Shown here: piece by piece, positions 35,266 to 49,883 of the stretch
Numbering within the stretch: the stretch's first letter is position 1
Layout of the letters: each line of letters starts with the position of its first letter
NCBI GenBank assembly: GCA_951406725.2
Contig: OX597814.1
Coordinates: forward strand, 113,088,001 to 113,152,000
Length of the DNA stretch: 64,000 nt
Source of the DNA: Octopus vulgaris
Lineage: Eukaryota
Direction: 5' to 3'
Translations under genes and position numbers: made by a program
The notes under the pieces: generated by a model
What the model saw: only the letters and a program-made list of their open reading frames with translations
Told to the model about the DNA's origin: nothing
The model's database searches: none

Positions 35266-36505
35266 GTCATCCCATAAGTTCAGTCCGAATTTTGAATAAA
35301 GAAAACAAGTGATCAAATGTTATATTTAATTGGAACTTAATCATCAATGTACTTTCCCTGATTATCTATGACTTCCTTCCATCTATTTACAAGCTTTTTA
35401 ATCCCATCAATGCAAAACTCTGGAGTTACGCAAAATCCTTTGAAACCGAAGAACTCTGTAATGTCAGTTTTGACCGCATCCTGGCTTGCGAAAGATATGT
35501 TCCTGAAATGATTCTGTAAACTACGAAACAAATGGTAGTCTGAAAGAGCAAGGTAGATGAGGAATTTTTTTCCAACCAAGATCTTTTGTGATGTGATCTT
35601 TACAGTGTGGGGTCGCACATTGTCCTGATGAAACATCACTCCTTTTCGATTCACTAAAGTGGGTCTTTTTTCTTCAAAGCTTGGTTCAAACGCTCTAATT
35701 GCTGACAGTAGACTAGAGTATTGATTGTTGCATTAGGTGGTAACAATTCAAAGCGAATTACTCTTTTGCAATCCCACCAGATAGAGAGAAGAATCTTTTT
35801 CCCATGAAGTTCCCTTCTCGGTTGTGGTTGAGCTTTTTCCCTTTTACCAAGCCACTATTACGACGTTTAACATTTCGATAGAAGATCCATTTTTTGTTAC
35901 CAGTCACAAAAAGGGGGAAATGAGTTCGCGAGGATGGAGAGAAGAGCAGATGTCAACTCGGGATTTGCGGTTGCTTTCGAACAATTCATGAGGCACCTAT
36001 TATCCAAGTTTAGGTACCTTTCCAAGTTGTTGAAAATGACGATGAACAGTTGTATGGTTTGAACTAAACTTTATTGCCAATTCTTCAAATGATAATACAG
36101 GATTTTCTTCAATGCCTCAAGGAGCTTATCATGAAACTCAACTGGACGTCCTGTTCGATCTTCATCATCAAGGCTGAAATCTCCACTTCTGAATTTTGCA
36201 AACCATCTTCTGCTTTCATTCAAGCATTCTTTCCTATTAATGAGTGTATGATTCGAGTCACTTCAGCAGCAGAGTTTCCTTTTCTGTACTCATAAAGCAT
36301 AATGTGCCTCAAATGCTCTTTGGATACTTCCATGTTAGAAAGGGTTTTAATCAAAGACATTTTAATTCCATTATTCTGTAAAATAATACTTAATTACTTT
36401 AAATGTACACAAATGCATAGAATAATTTTAAATTTCATTAGACATTCTAAAATACTATTAAATTTCATTTAATTTTAAAACAGGACAGAAATTTTAAAAT
36501 CTGAT
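35262..36505 (-). mobile_element. Decayed full-length mariner element
   Basis: The transposase starts MEVSKEHLRHIMLYEYRKGNSAAE (ATG at 36333) and ends FHQDNVRPH...SDYHLFRSLQ...GIKKLVNRW.EVIDNQGKYID* (35337). The TIR TCAGGTCATCCCATAAGTTCAGTCC has a degenerate mate near 36477-36505, and both ends are flanked by TA. Confidence 0.92.
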
Positions 36506-36609
36506 ATATAAATATATATATATACCTTATTTGCGTCGATGTGTGTGTATGTGTGTGTGTGCGTGCCCTAAAATTAGACCTTTCTTTTTCAGTATGGCAT
36601 TACGACATA

Positions 36610-36840
36610 TTGGTTCCAAGTTTTGGCACCAGGCCAGCAATTTTCTTTTGAGGTGGGGTGGGGTGTTTAAGCCGATCGCAGCAACCCCAGTGTTCAACCA
36701 GTACTTATTGTATCGACACCGAAATGATGAAAGGCAATAAATCGACTTCGGCGGAATTTGAACTCAGAACGTAGAGACAGACGAAATGCCGCTAAGCATT
36801 TTGCCCAGCATTCTAACGATTCTGCCAACACGTCGCCTTA
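36610..36840 (-). mobile_element. SINE family B (another copy at 38525-38780)
   Basis: Colinear with other family B copies. Confidence 0.8.
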
Positions 36841-37298
36841 GTAAGGCATTAAGATATAAGTTCTGATCAAAGCAGAGCTATAATAAAAAGGCATTCCGTT
36901 TGTGACCATCCCGTCAATTGTCTCTAAGATATCCAGTGTGTCACGTTTATCTATTTATTTTTAAAAAAGTTATTAAGGGTTTTGTGAGCTTTTAAAGTTT
37001 TAAGGGTTGATTCTTGGTAGGTTCGTCAATTATTTCAAGCAGTCCGAGCAACAGGGTCGGTGTCTTTAACTCACTCAAGTAAAATATGTTATTTAAACAG
37101 GATTTATGTTGAATAACGTAGCAGTACGATACTACTGAAAATGATAAAGTCAGTTTATATTTTGCTCGTCCCTCTGTTACATTTTTTTTTCTTAGGAAGG
37201 GTTCTCTCTTCCCTATGTAAGGGTTACCACATTGAACTACGACCAGATGATTTTAAACAGATACGATTCCTACAGAAAACAGCAACAGCTGCAGCAGT

Positions 37299-37333
<35 letters not shown>

Positions 37334-37447
37334 CCGCACCACCACCAACAACAACACTAGTAACAAGGGGTTACTAACTTAAAATATCAAACTACTAATT
37401 ATTTACTGATTCTTCTATCGCTACTTAGGCAAATACGGCGAAATCTG

Positions 37448-37488
37448 TTTCACTGAAGAGGTCTGATAATACTGGAACATGTCTGGAG
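37448..37488 (+). ncRNA. Minimal type I hammerhead-like motif with GGAA in place of GAAA
   Basis: TTTCA-CTGAAGA-GGT ctgataat ACT-GGAAC-AT-GTC-TGGAG. Stem I TTTCA/TGGAG pairs and stem III is the palindrome ACATGT. Confidence 0.55.
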
Positions 37489-37749
37489 TTGTCCCCTCCT
37501 ACTTATCTAAATACCGAAAAAATATAATTAATCAAATGAGCAATGAGCTAATCCTCCCCTCTCACTATATTAATATTACTGTTTCGTTTTGTACTACTCC
37601 CAGCATTATATGTATGTTATCACTGGCTTAACTTATATTTATTCAAAACTGTACATGAAACAAATTTGCTTCCAGTGGGAATCGAAATCGCATCTTTTTT
37701 TATCTTTTTATTGATTAGAGAGATGAAGTTTTAATGACAACGGTGTTTG

Positions 37750-37953
37750 TACATTATTTGCATTTGATGGATATTTATCCTCATCTAGTTTGTTGTTAAC
37801 ACAACGTTTCGGCTAATATACTCTCCAGCCTTCATCAGGTGTCTTGGGGAGATTTCGAACCCGAGTTCTCATTCCTAAGGTATCCGCCAAATGTAAATAA
37901 TGTAAACAAAGTAAATAATGTACATAATTCCTCATCTCTTAAATATAGAACTG
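37750..37953 (-). mobile_element. Solo Penelope pLTR (same family as 675-1692) with an inverted tail copy
   Basis: 37750-37882 matches 706-792 and the reverse complement of 1605-1692. 37880-37953 is the plus-strand tail ..CATAATTCCTCATCTCTTAAATATAGAAC. Confidence 0.85.
37798..37843 (-). ncRNA. Minimal type I hammerhead ribozyme (Penelope type)
   Basis: Minus strand GACAC-CTGATGA-A-GGCTG gagagtatat TAGCC-GAAACGT-T-GTGTT. The core is canonical, stem III is the palindrome ACGT, and the cleavage triplet is GUU. Confidence 0.8.
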
Positions 37954-38892
37954 AACGATGTTTGTCACCACCACCACCACCACTTCTATAGTAGAAGATA
38001 CTTGCCCAAGGTGCCACGCAATGGGACTGAACCCAGAACAATGTGATCGGGAAGCTAGCTTCTTACCTGAGCCTAATTAACAGTCACACCTGAGCCTAAT
38101 TAACATAAATTATTCAAAAGGTCTACATGAGAAATAAACGTAGTTTTGTTGTAATTCAACAGACACGGTTATCCTCATCCAATTGAAGCGATTTATTATA
38201 GATTCATTTAAATGTATCTGGCATATGAATCAATCCAGCGGTGAATTTTATTAATACTCAAATCCATTAATTCGATAATCCTCCACAAGTGGAACTTGAG
38301 GCAAGGGCGTTGTTAATTTATGTCATGTTCGGTTGTTAAGTCGAAGGTAGACAAATCTAACAGAGAGAAATGCGTGTATATATATGCACACACACACACA
38401 CACACACGCGTTAGTATACACACACTCACAGAGGCGTAGCATGGCTGTGTGGTTAAGAAGCTCTTCTTGCGACTGCGTACTTTCGTGTTCAGTCCTAGTG
38501 CACGGCATCTTGGGCTAGTGTTTGTTTTCTAATGTAGGTAACAAATTTTGGCACAAGGCCAGCAATTTCAAAGCAGGTGCGTGTGTGTGTGTGTGTGTGT
38601 GTGAGTCGATTACATCGACCTCAGTATTCAGCTGGTACTTTTTTTTCTCGACCTCCGAAGGGATGAAAGGCGAAGTCGACCTCGGCGCAATTCGAACCCA
38701 GAACGTAGAACTCAGAACGACGAAATGCCACTAAGCATTTTTTTTATCCGGCGTGGTAACGATTCCGTCCGCTCTCCGCTCTCAAGTGCTTTCTAATATA
38801 GCTGCGAGCCGACCGATGCTCTGTGACTGAAGTTAATAGCCGGAAACTGTGTGAAGGTCTGTCGTATATGTGTGTATGTGTGACAGAGAGAG

Positions 38893-38952
<60 letters not shown>

Positions 38953-39003
38953 ATGTGTGTGTGTGGTGTATGTGTGTGAAAGAGGGAGAAAGAGAAAGAA
39001 AGT

Positions 39004-39036
<33 letters not shown>

Positions 39037-39719
39037 GGAGAACGTGTGTGTGATGTAGAGAGCCATGTGTTGACTAGCATGGTTGATAGTACACTCAAGC
39101 GCCAATTTGGAGACCTGGGTTCGTCTCACCTGACATCCACATTTCGTCTTTCTTAGATCTGTTTTATTCAGTCCCCACCACCACAACACCATCCTCCCAC
39201 AAAGCATAGCGGTCAATTGGGAGAGTTGTGAGAGCGTTGAAGAAACTGCCTCACAGTATTTGTTCCAGTACGTTGCGCTATGAGTTCAAATCCCTCTGAA
39301 GTCAGCGCTGCCATTCAACTTTTCAGAGATCGATAAAAAAAGTACCAATCATTGACGACGGATTGGCAGAAACGCAAGAGTGTCGGACAAGGTGCTTTGT
39401 AGCATCTGTTCCGGCTCTTTATGTTCTGACAATAACACCTGAGGTGACCCAAGCGCTGAACTATATCAATCCAAGTCTGCGCCTTTTCCTTAGAAACTCG
39501 CTTCCAAGGGCCGCTGTTAGCCCTTTTTATCTTTTGCTATTCGCTTGTTTCACTCATTAGACTGTGGCCAAGCTGGGGCACCGTCTTGAAGAATTTTAGT
39601 CGAACGAATCCATTCCAGTACTTGTTTTTTTTTTTAAATCCCGCTACATATTTTATCGGTCTCTTTTGCCGGACCGCTAGATGGTCAAGTGGTAGTGGAG
39701 GACAAACACAAACACAAAG

Positions 39720-39765
<46 letters not shown>

Positions 39766-39800
39766 TTAGATACATATATGTGTATATATATATATATATA

Positions 39801-39841
<41 letters not shown>

Positions 39842-39964
39842 GCCTGTATACATATATATATGTATATATATGTTTATATATATATGTTTATATATACATG
39901 TGGATATATATATATATATATGTACATATATGTATATATGTATGTTTTGCAATCAACTTGCATA

Positions 39965-40037
<73 letters not shown>

Positions 40038-40041
40038 ATAT

Positions 40042-40072
<31 letters not shown>

Positions 40073-40089
40073 CATATATATACATATAC

Positions 40090-40152
<63 letters not shown>

Positions 40153-40167
40153 ACACACACACATATA

Positions 40168-40279
<112 letters not shown>

Positions 40280-40774
40280 CATACACACACACTGTGTGGG
40301 GTTTATTAGCCGTTGTGAGAACATTTACAAAGTGTATATTGAAAGGGCTTGTCGACAAGGTACTCTGTATTGCATGTTGGCACAAGCCGAAGCTCTGATA
40401 GAAGACCTTTCATCAAGGACGGTGAGTTAAATGAATCGGTGAAAACTTTTCTGAACTTGCACGATAGAGAAAAGACCGTTTGATGGTAAAAATGTGAACA
40501 TGTAAATGATGAGTTATGGTTTAATTGATGATTGAAAGTAGTGAGATCTTCTCTCAGTAAATATATCAATCTATCTGCATCAAAATATAATCAGAAAGAG
40601 CTGGGCGGGAGGCGTGGGTTAATGGGAAAAGAGAAAGAGAAGAAAAAAACTAGCAAAGAATCAAAAATTAATACAATGCCGGGTAAATATACGTAGTGTA
40701 GTGAGCATTAAAAAAGTTAATTAGAAAAAGCAATATTAGCCAATGGCTATCGGTTTTTATTAAACCAGTACGTA

Positions 40775-40822
40775 TGGGACATAATTTCGGAGATTTTCGC
40801 TTTTATAAAACCTCTTCAGCCA
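40775..40822 (-). ncRNA. Hammerhead-like motif
   Basis: Minus strand TGG-CTGAAGA-GGTTTT..AAAATCTCC-GAAAT-TAT-GTC-CCA. The core is canonical, with short stems I and III. Confidence 0.5.
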
Positions 40823-40864
40823 AGCACTGTCTCGGGCGTACTAATATATATATATATCTATATA

Positions 40865-40928
<64 letters not shown>

Positions 40929-41165
40929 GTAGGGAACGTAATTCCAAAACTTAGAGGGAAAAATTCAATTTAACAATTTTAAATCAAATTTCACAATATA
41001 TAATATATGTATATAATTTAGAGAAAAACCTCTATTAAACAATTCAATAATGAAAGATGTTATTCACACCATATAGAAAACATATGCTATAAAAGCCTTA
41101 TTCCAAAATTCATGATTTTTAGAATAAGGTTTTTATAGTATAGTTTTTTCTCTAAATTATATATA

Positions 41166-41198
<33 letters not shown>

Positions 41199-41751
41199 AT
41201 AGGCGCAGGCGTGTCTGTGAGATAAGAAGTTTGCTTCCCAACCACATGGTTCCGGGTTCACCCTCACTTCATGGAATCTTGGCCATGTGTCTTCTACTGT
41301 AGCTTCGGGACGATGAAAGTCTTGTGAGTGGATTTGGTAATGCTCCTATTTTATTATGCCGGTTACAGCCTAATGATGCCAGCTGGCATAACCGTTTTTA
41401 GGGGTGGCACCGAGCTATGCCGATATAGGGTAGGAAAAATATAGTAATAATACAAAATGATAATCCATGATATGGAATTTATAAATATTTCAATGCATCA
41501 TTACGCACGTTTCCACAAATCACGTGTCACTTAAGATCATAATTCGCATTTCTGGGATAATTACAGTACAATCCGTAATATCTATGCACTAATCACCCCA
41601 GGAATATGGACTATGATCTTAAGGGATATGGGATTTCTGGAAACGCGCGTAGCGATGCATTAAAATATTTATAAAATCCAGCCAAGGATTATTATCATTA
41701 TCATTATTGTTACTATATGTATGTATATACATATATGTATCTATATGTGTG

Positions 41752-41822
<71 letters not shown>

Positions 41823-42634
41823 TCTAATGGTTCAGTTTTAATTTTCAGACTTATAAAATTTTAGCCCAGTAACATTATGTTGCAAATTAAATATATCTTT
41901 GGGCATTTAATATAAAAATTCTAATTTTCAGATCTGTGTTTCAAACCGTATCTTTTCGTATTAAATTCCTATAAAATCATGATCTACACACTCTGAAAGG
42001 TATTTGTAGAAAATTTCGTTAAAAAATAAAGATTTTTCTGAAAGTCATGAGGAAACAAAGTCAACTCGTGTGAATTTTCCGAAACTCATGGAAAAAAGTT
42101 TTTCTCAACATATTCCAACATTATCGGAATCAATTCTACTTGAAGCGTAATTGTAGAAAATTTCATTAAAAAGCATCCCTTTTTCTGGAAGTTATGAGGA
42201 AACAAAGTCGAAGGGGCACACATGTGTAAGTGTGTCCCTTTAAGATGGCGTAGATTCCAATTATGCCAGAATTTGATGCGAAAATTTTTATTGGAGGTGG
42301 GGGTAGGAGTTTTGGATGCTTCATACGAGTCGATCTTGTTCTCACAAGTCTCAGATAAATTAGTATTTTTTTTTTTTGGTATTGATCTGTCCTCCGCAAT
42401 CTTCTTTCACTTGCGGCACACCTACATTTTTTCAAAATTCGGCGGCTCACCTGAACTAAAAATATAACTAAAAGTATTGGGGAAAACACGTTGTATAAAG
42501 CTTGTTTCCACACCACGTGGTTCTGGGTTCAATGTTACCGAGTGGCACCCTGGCCAAGTGTTTTCTAGTATAGTCTCGAGCTGACTAAAGCCTTAGTGGA
42601 TTTAGTAGACGGAAACTGAAAGAAGCTCGTCGTG

Positions 42635-42681
<47 letters not shown>

Positions 42682-42715
42682 CTGCGTGTGTGTGTGTGTG
42701 TATGTGTGTGTGTAT

Positions 42716-42758
<43 letters not shown>

Positions 42759-43054
42759 CATACATATATATATATATATGTGTGTGTATATATATATCTC
42801 TATATGTGTGTACGTGTGTACGTGCGAGTGTGTACGTGCGAGTGTGTACGTGCGTGTTATGTATGTCAGTATGTATGTGTGTGCGGCCATCAACATTTTT
42901 TTAACATTGAACTAGTAATCGTAAACGTAATACCATCTGCAAAGAATTTGTAAAAAACCCTCCATCTTCCTGAAAGTTATAAGGAAACAAAGTCGCGTTA
43001 GTAGGGGGACAAACTTGTGTAGATTTGCCGTGTCATTCATATATTGACTGAACA

Positions 43055-43436
43055 TCTCTCTCTATATAAAGCTGAAGTTGTCTGTGTGTGGCAGGTTTGG
43101 TAGCCTTCAACTAACACTATCTCCTCCAAGACCCTACGGCGCAAGTTGACCAAAATTGAGAGTATGATAGAAGGCTTGCTCTTCCTTCCGTAGAAGAAAA
43201 AGTTCAAATCGGACCATGTTAATACCAAAAATTATTTACATCAAAAAGGTGCTTTTTTTTCTATGAAAATCCCTAGTTTTTACGATATTTTGACTGCTGT
43301 GTCGCCATTTTTCGGTGTATTTCAACCAGAAAAATGTTCACTTAATTTTGCTACATAATGCAAAATTTTTACTTTTCAAAAATTCCAATTCTAAAGGGTC
43401 GAAACAAACCCGAGCAACGCCGGGCGATACTGCTAG
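43055..43436 (+). mobile_element. Non-autonomous Helitron
   Basis: Begins A|TC.., ends CTAG|T, has the subterminal hairpin CCCGAGCAACGCCGGG about 10 nt upstream of the end, and has no TSD. Confidence 0.85.
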
Positions 43437-44217
43437 TTTAATGATAACATTTTTGAACGGATGTGAAAATTAGTAAAATATGATGGACACAAACAAAATT
43501 GTCGCTAAAATATCCATGTAAAATTTCAAGAAATAAAATGCATAAAATTCTAAGTTATTTTCATTAATTTAGCTTCAAGATGTCTCAATTTTGTTTCTGA
43601 TACAATCTTTGATTTAAAAAATAGACAAATTATTGATGATTTTTAATTAATTAACGAAAATGAATCCAGAGGAGGGGGCATTTAAGCTGAGATTAAAATC
43701 CTTGCTGCTAGGATACAACGGTGAAGTCGGAGATATTTCGCTGGCATCCTAAATATAGAATCCAGAGCTAATAACAACCCGATAATCGATACGTGTGTGT
43801 ACGTGTGTGTGCGTGCGTGTGCGAGTATATGTGTGTGTGTGTCCGTGTGTGTGCGAGTGAATATATATGTATGTATGTATGTTTGTGTGAGTGTGTGTAC
43901 GTATGTGTGTATATAAGTGTGTGTGTGTGTATGCATGTATATGTGTGTGTATGCGACGCGTGTGTGTGTGAGTGAATATATATGTATGTATGTATGTATG
44001 TATGGGTGTTTATGTATGTATGCATGTGTGAGTGTGATTATGCATGCATGTATGTAAGCATCTGTATGCGTGTGTGTGTATGTACGTCGTGTGTAGATAT
44101 GGGAGAATATATATGATACACATATATAAAATATACATACATACACACACACACATATATATATATACATGCATACATACATACATGCATACATACTTAC
44201 ATACATACATACATACG

Positions 44218-44262
<45 letters not shown>

Positions 44263-44444
44263 TTATATACATATATACACACATAAATTCAAATGCATAC
44301 GCATATACATACATAATGTAATTTTATACATACATCTATTCATGAAAGTGGAATTATACACACACACACACACATACACACAAACTCACATATATAAATA
44401 GACACCTTGATTACAGGTAATCCTTCCTTATGTATCCAGATGCA

Positions 44445-44511
<67 letters not shown>

Positions 44512-44941
44512 ATATATGTATATATGTATGTATATATGTATGTGTGTATGTATATATGTATGTGTGTATGCATGTATATTTTGCATGTACACTCACGTAC
44601 ACGTTTAAACATATAGAAGAGAAAGACACACATACACACACGCATACGGACCACACGTACGCACGGACACACGGACACACGTACATAGCTGCTGCACCGT
44701 TTCGTTTCATCGACGACTACGTCAGAGATGGTTGTTATTACTGTAAATGTAAATCTGAGGATTAGCCAGGATTTTCCTTTCACAAGCGTAACCGATGCGA
44801 GAGATAAGATCCAAACACGCGTGCACCCTTGCACGTTTCTATTCCATTGATGTGCCGAATATCTATCTGTATTAAAGGTGTGTATAGGAATGTGTGAGTA
44901 AATATATACACACACACACACTCATAGATATAAATTGATTA

Positions 44942-45034
<93 letters not shown>

Positions 45035-45075
45035 CTCTCTCTCTCTCTGTCTCTCTGTCTCTCTCTCTCTATTTC

Positions 45076-45178
<103 letters not shown>

Positions 45179-45225
45179 GTTTCTGTATGTATGTATGTAT
45201 GTATGTATGTATGTATGTATGTATG

Positions 45226-45287
<62 letters not shown>

Positions 45288-45391
45288 ACTATCTATCTAT
45301 CTATCTACATATCTATCTGTCTATCTATCTATCTGTCTGTCTGTCCACCCATCCACCCATCCATCCCTCCCTCCCTCCATCCACCATCCAT

Positions 45392-45438
<47 letters not shown>

Positions 45439-45439
45439 C

Positions 45440-45506
<67 letters not shown>

Positions 45507-45571
45507 ATCTCTCTCTCTCTCTCTATTTAGATGTGTGTGTGTGAGTATGACTGCACATACAAGCTAAATCA

Positions 45572-45643
<72 letters not shown>

Positions 45644-45982
45644 ACGCACACACGCACACACACACACACACGCTGTGTGTGCGCTTTGTGCTTTGCAAGT
45701 AAATCCAATTTATTCCCCGCTCTCACAGATCATTAACATACAAACATTATTAATATTAACCAGCGTTTATTTTATACCTTTACAAACACTGTTAATCCCT
45801 AATATTATTAACCACTACCACTACCACCACCATTAACTCCAGCACTGCTTATTATCTATCCCAAATCCCTGAAATATTCACATCCTCTTAGAGCTGTTGT
45901 TGTTATCGTCGTTAGGTATTATCATTATATATATCTTATATATACATACACACATACATATATATATTTATTTATATGTATA

Positions 45983-46033
<51 letters not shown>

Positions 46034-46322
46034 TAATATATTTTTTATTAATCAAAAGCCCCCTCACTCACTCACTCACTCACTCCATTGACTACAAATC
46101 CATTCGTAAGCTGATGTCGCTGCAGTACACCAACAGATATCCGATGCGAATATCGATTTCACGATATATTATTCTCCCTCTTTATCCCTGTGTCCTTCTG
46201 TGTTCAGGTGTCGCTAACTTACATCATAATTCCGTTACTCTCTCTCCCTCTCTGTCCTTGCCCCCCACTCTCTCTTTCTCTCTCCTAGTCTCACTTCCAA
46301 ACGGAGCTTAGCAACAGATACA

Positions 46323-46405
<83 letters not shown>

Positions 46406-46677
46406 CTCTCTCTCTCTCACACACACACGTATGCGGTAATTCTTCTACCTAAGACGACTGGCAGTCAGCCTGTATATCGTATCATGGTTATTTATATAAT
46501 ATATAGTATATCACACAACAAGATGTAAGCAAATAGGTTGGCTTCTTATTCTTAGAATTGGCTCTATTCCTTCCACTCTACCCTTCTCATTCTCTTTCCC
46601 CATCTTTCATCTAGGATTATATTATATTATATATAAAAGTCATTCTGTATTCGTTATATATAAATATATAATAAATA

Positions 46678-46763
<86 letters not shown>

Positions 46764-46787
46764 AATAATATATATATATAATAAATA

Positions 46788-46828
<41 letters not shown>

Positions 46829-46935
46829 CATACACATATACACATTTGTATTAGGCAGGTGCCTTCTTCTATTGCTTCGGGTCGACCAAAGGCTTGTGAG
46901 TGGATTTGGTAAATGGAAACTGAAAGAAGCCCATC

Positions 46936-46975
<40 letters not shown>

Positions 46976-47521
46976 TCTATGCAAGTTATTCATACCTACA
47001 CGAATTTATATAAGTAAATTCAAAAGTAAAGTATGGTGAAGAAAACACATTAGAAATCTTTGGAAATAATTCCAATTAAAGGACAAACTCACATTCATCC
47101 GATAAAAAATATATATATGAAAAATAAATATAATACATAAATATCTATAACATATATATATATATATATAATACAAATAAGAAAATGGAGAAACACTTTA
47201 TTTTGTTCATCAACTTTCGGATATTAGAGTGTTGAATTATTTATTCATTTAACTTCAACATTCTAATATCCGAAAGTTGATGAACAAAATAAATTGTTTC
47301 TCCATTTTCTTATTTGTATTATAAATTAACGGTCAAATATTTCTTTACCTTCACCTGTTTAATACAATAAATAAGTTAATTGCATTGCAATTAAAAAACA
47401 TGTATGTATTAAGAATCTGGGTACTTTACCAACAGTATATTGGATAAATACTATCCCTTAGTGGGTTGCACTCATAACCCCTAACTTACTTTGAGGTATA
47501 TATATATATAAAATTTATATA

Positions 47522-47575
<54 letters not shown>

Positions 47576-47651
47576 GTGTGTCTGTGTGTCTGTGTGTCTG
47601 TGTGTCTGTGTGTGTGTCTGTGTCTGCTCGTCCCCCACTACCGCGTGACAA

Positions 47652-49799
47652 CCGCGTGACTTCAGGAAGAACAATTTCTGGCGTTTTCTCTCTCACATCG
47701 CTTAACCTAGGCTTTTTGGACACACTTTCTTCGCTTTTTACACTTGTAGATCGTTTTATTTGAAGCATATCAAGAGAAGTCTGCTTTTGCCTGCCTTTCA
47801 AAATATTACGAAAATATGCCAGAGCAGTGTCATTAAATAAAGCAGCTGTACGACCTGTGGATATTTTTTCAGGATGATTTTTTTCCCTACAAATTCAGAA
47901 ACATACGGCCACTTTGCCAACACTGCCTTTAGTAGGGTCAGTTGGGCACCGTCTTTGTGAAAAACAGCACCATGTCACGATCTGCCAGAAATTTGTAAAC
48001 GATATGCTGTACTCGATCAGTCGTAGAGATAGCATTCTCCGTACTCTATTTCTATCTCTATCAGTCGTAGAGATAGCATTCTCCGCTACACTGTCCTCCT
48101 CCGGGGGAACCAATCTCTTCCACCGCATCCGAATGCTGCTGCTCCTGAAACTGCAGGAGTTCAGCTGTCGTCAGCCCCTTTCAGTGTTCTCCGACGTGAT
48201 CGTTAATGTCCCCATCATCAACCTCGAGGCCCATGGACTTGCTAAAAGGCACCTCTCCTCGACTACAGGTGTCTTAGACTCAAACCCCTCGAAGTCTCTT
48301 TCGGACACGCTGTCAGGCTACAGTTTCCTCCATGTAGAATCCAGTGTTCTCTTCGTTACCTCCTGCCTGGCCAGATCGATGATTTTCCGGCAGTTAATGT
48401 TGTAGTGCTCCTTCCAAAATTCATGAACAGTTAAATTTGCATTTTCGGTGACTTCAGAGCACCGACAAAATAGGTGTTTGGTGTACAATGGCTGGTCCAT
48501 AGACTGCAAGATAAGGGTGCTGTTGTGTGAAAGGCACAGAACTGTTATAGATTTAAATTCGCCTAGGATATCACCTTCGACAAGCATTGTCGAGGATGAG
48601 GCGGGCCTTGAAACGAAGATCGTTCTCCGGAAGATACTTTTTCACTGCTTGTCCAAAAAAAAAAAACAAAGTTGACCCTCTCAGTGAAGAATTGCCTGGT
48701 GACCCAGGCTTTAACGTTTGCCCTCCACATGACCTGCAGCTTCTCCTTCAGGATTTTGTATAACTTGAACGCTCGTGGATTTTCGGAATGGTTGACAAGG
48801 AGCGGCTTACTCTTCAAGTCTCCACTCGCATTAGTATAAAGGACGAGAGTTAGCCTATATTTCATAGGCATATGGCCTAGTATTTTCTTCTCTGCAGTAA
48901 TGTAGCTTCTCTGGGGCATTTTTTCCCAAAATAGGCTTGTTTCATCACATTTGAATTCCTGTTGTGCGATGTACACCTCGGCTGCAATGAGCTGATAGAA
49001 TTCACGCACGAAATCTTCAACTGCCTTCGTGTCAGAACTCGCTGCTTCTCCATACCTGACGATGTTATGAACACCAGTCCTCTTCTTGAATTGATCAAAC
49101 CAGCCGCGAATGGCCTTAAATGAGTCTGTTGATGTCTCCTCCGTCGATGTTTCAGGGTTCTGCTTCTGGAGATCAACATGCAACGTTCGTGCTTTCTCGC
49201 AGATGATGGTCTCCGTAATCGTATCCCCTGCGAGTTGCTTCTCGTTGATCCACTGGAAAAACAATTCTTCCATCTCTTCGTGGACAGATGTGTGTTGCTT
49301 AGAGAGCTTGGAGACAACCTTTGCTGTTGTAACAGCCTTTTATCTCGTCCTTTTTCTTCACGATGATGCAAATCGCCGACGTGCTTCGGTCGTACTGACG
49401 TGCTGTGTCCACTACACACACTCCTCTCTCTTTCCTTCTTCAATTCTATCTTAATCAGCTTTTTCTTCTTCTCGGCACTGTCCTTGGCACTAACCATCTT
49501 AGGTCCCATGGCTAACGCAATTAATTATTATAAAATAATAGCAAAAACCGCACAAAACTAAAGAAAAAAAAAAACAACCCTGGGAAAAACAATAAGGATG
49601 CTGCCACAGCGAGATAAACACGTGAACTGAGTGAGCGGAAGCTGCGCTTGCTGGGAGATCGTGTTCGGACTCGGCACCTACTAGCGGTCGCCTGTATGAT
49701 GCTCGCTCGTACTGCCGATTTCGCAAAAAGTCGTACGAGCCTCGGCTCGTACAGCAAATCACTCGTACAATGGCGCACTCGTACTGCGAGGTTCTACTG
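47652..49799 (-). mobile_element. Tigger/pogo-family DNA transposon, decayed and 3'-truncated
   Basis: TA|CAGTAGAACCTCG TIR at 49799 (minus strand). The frameshifted transposase reads MGPKMVS..KKK, MEELFFQWINEKQLAGD..ICEKAR..FKAIRGWFDQFKKR..GEAASSD..DETSLFWEKMP..NASGDLK.KPL..ENPRAFK..W..N.KAWVT, then LQSMDQ and RQKQTSLD. Confidence 0.95.
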
Positions 49800-49835
49800 T
49801 ATGCATGTGTATATATATGTATGTATGGATGTGTG

Positions 49836-49883
<48 letters not shown>

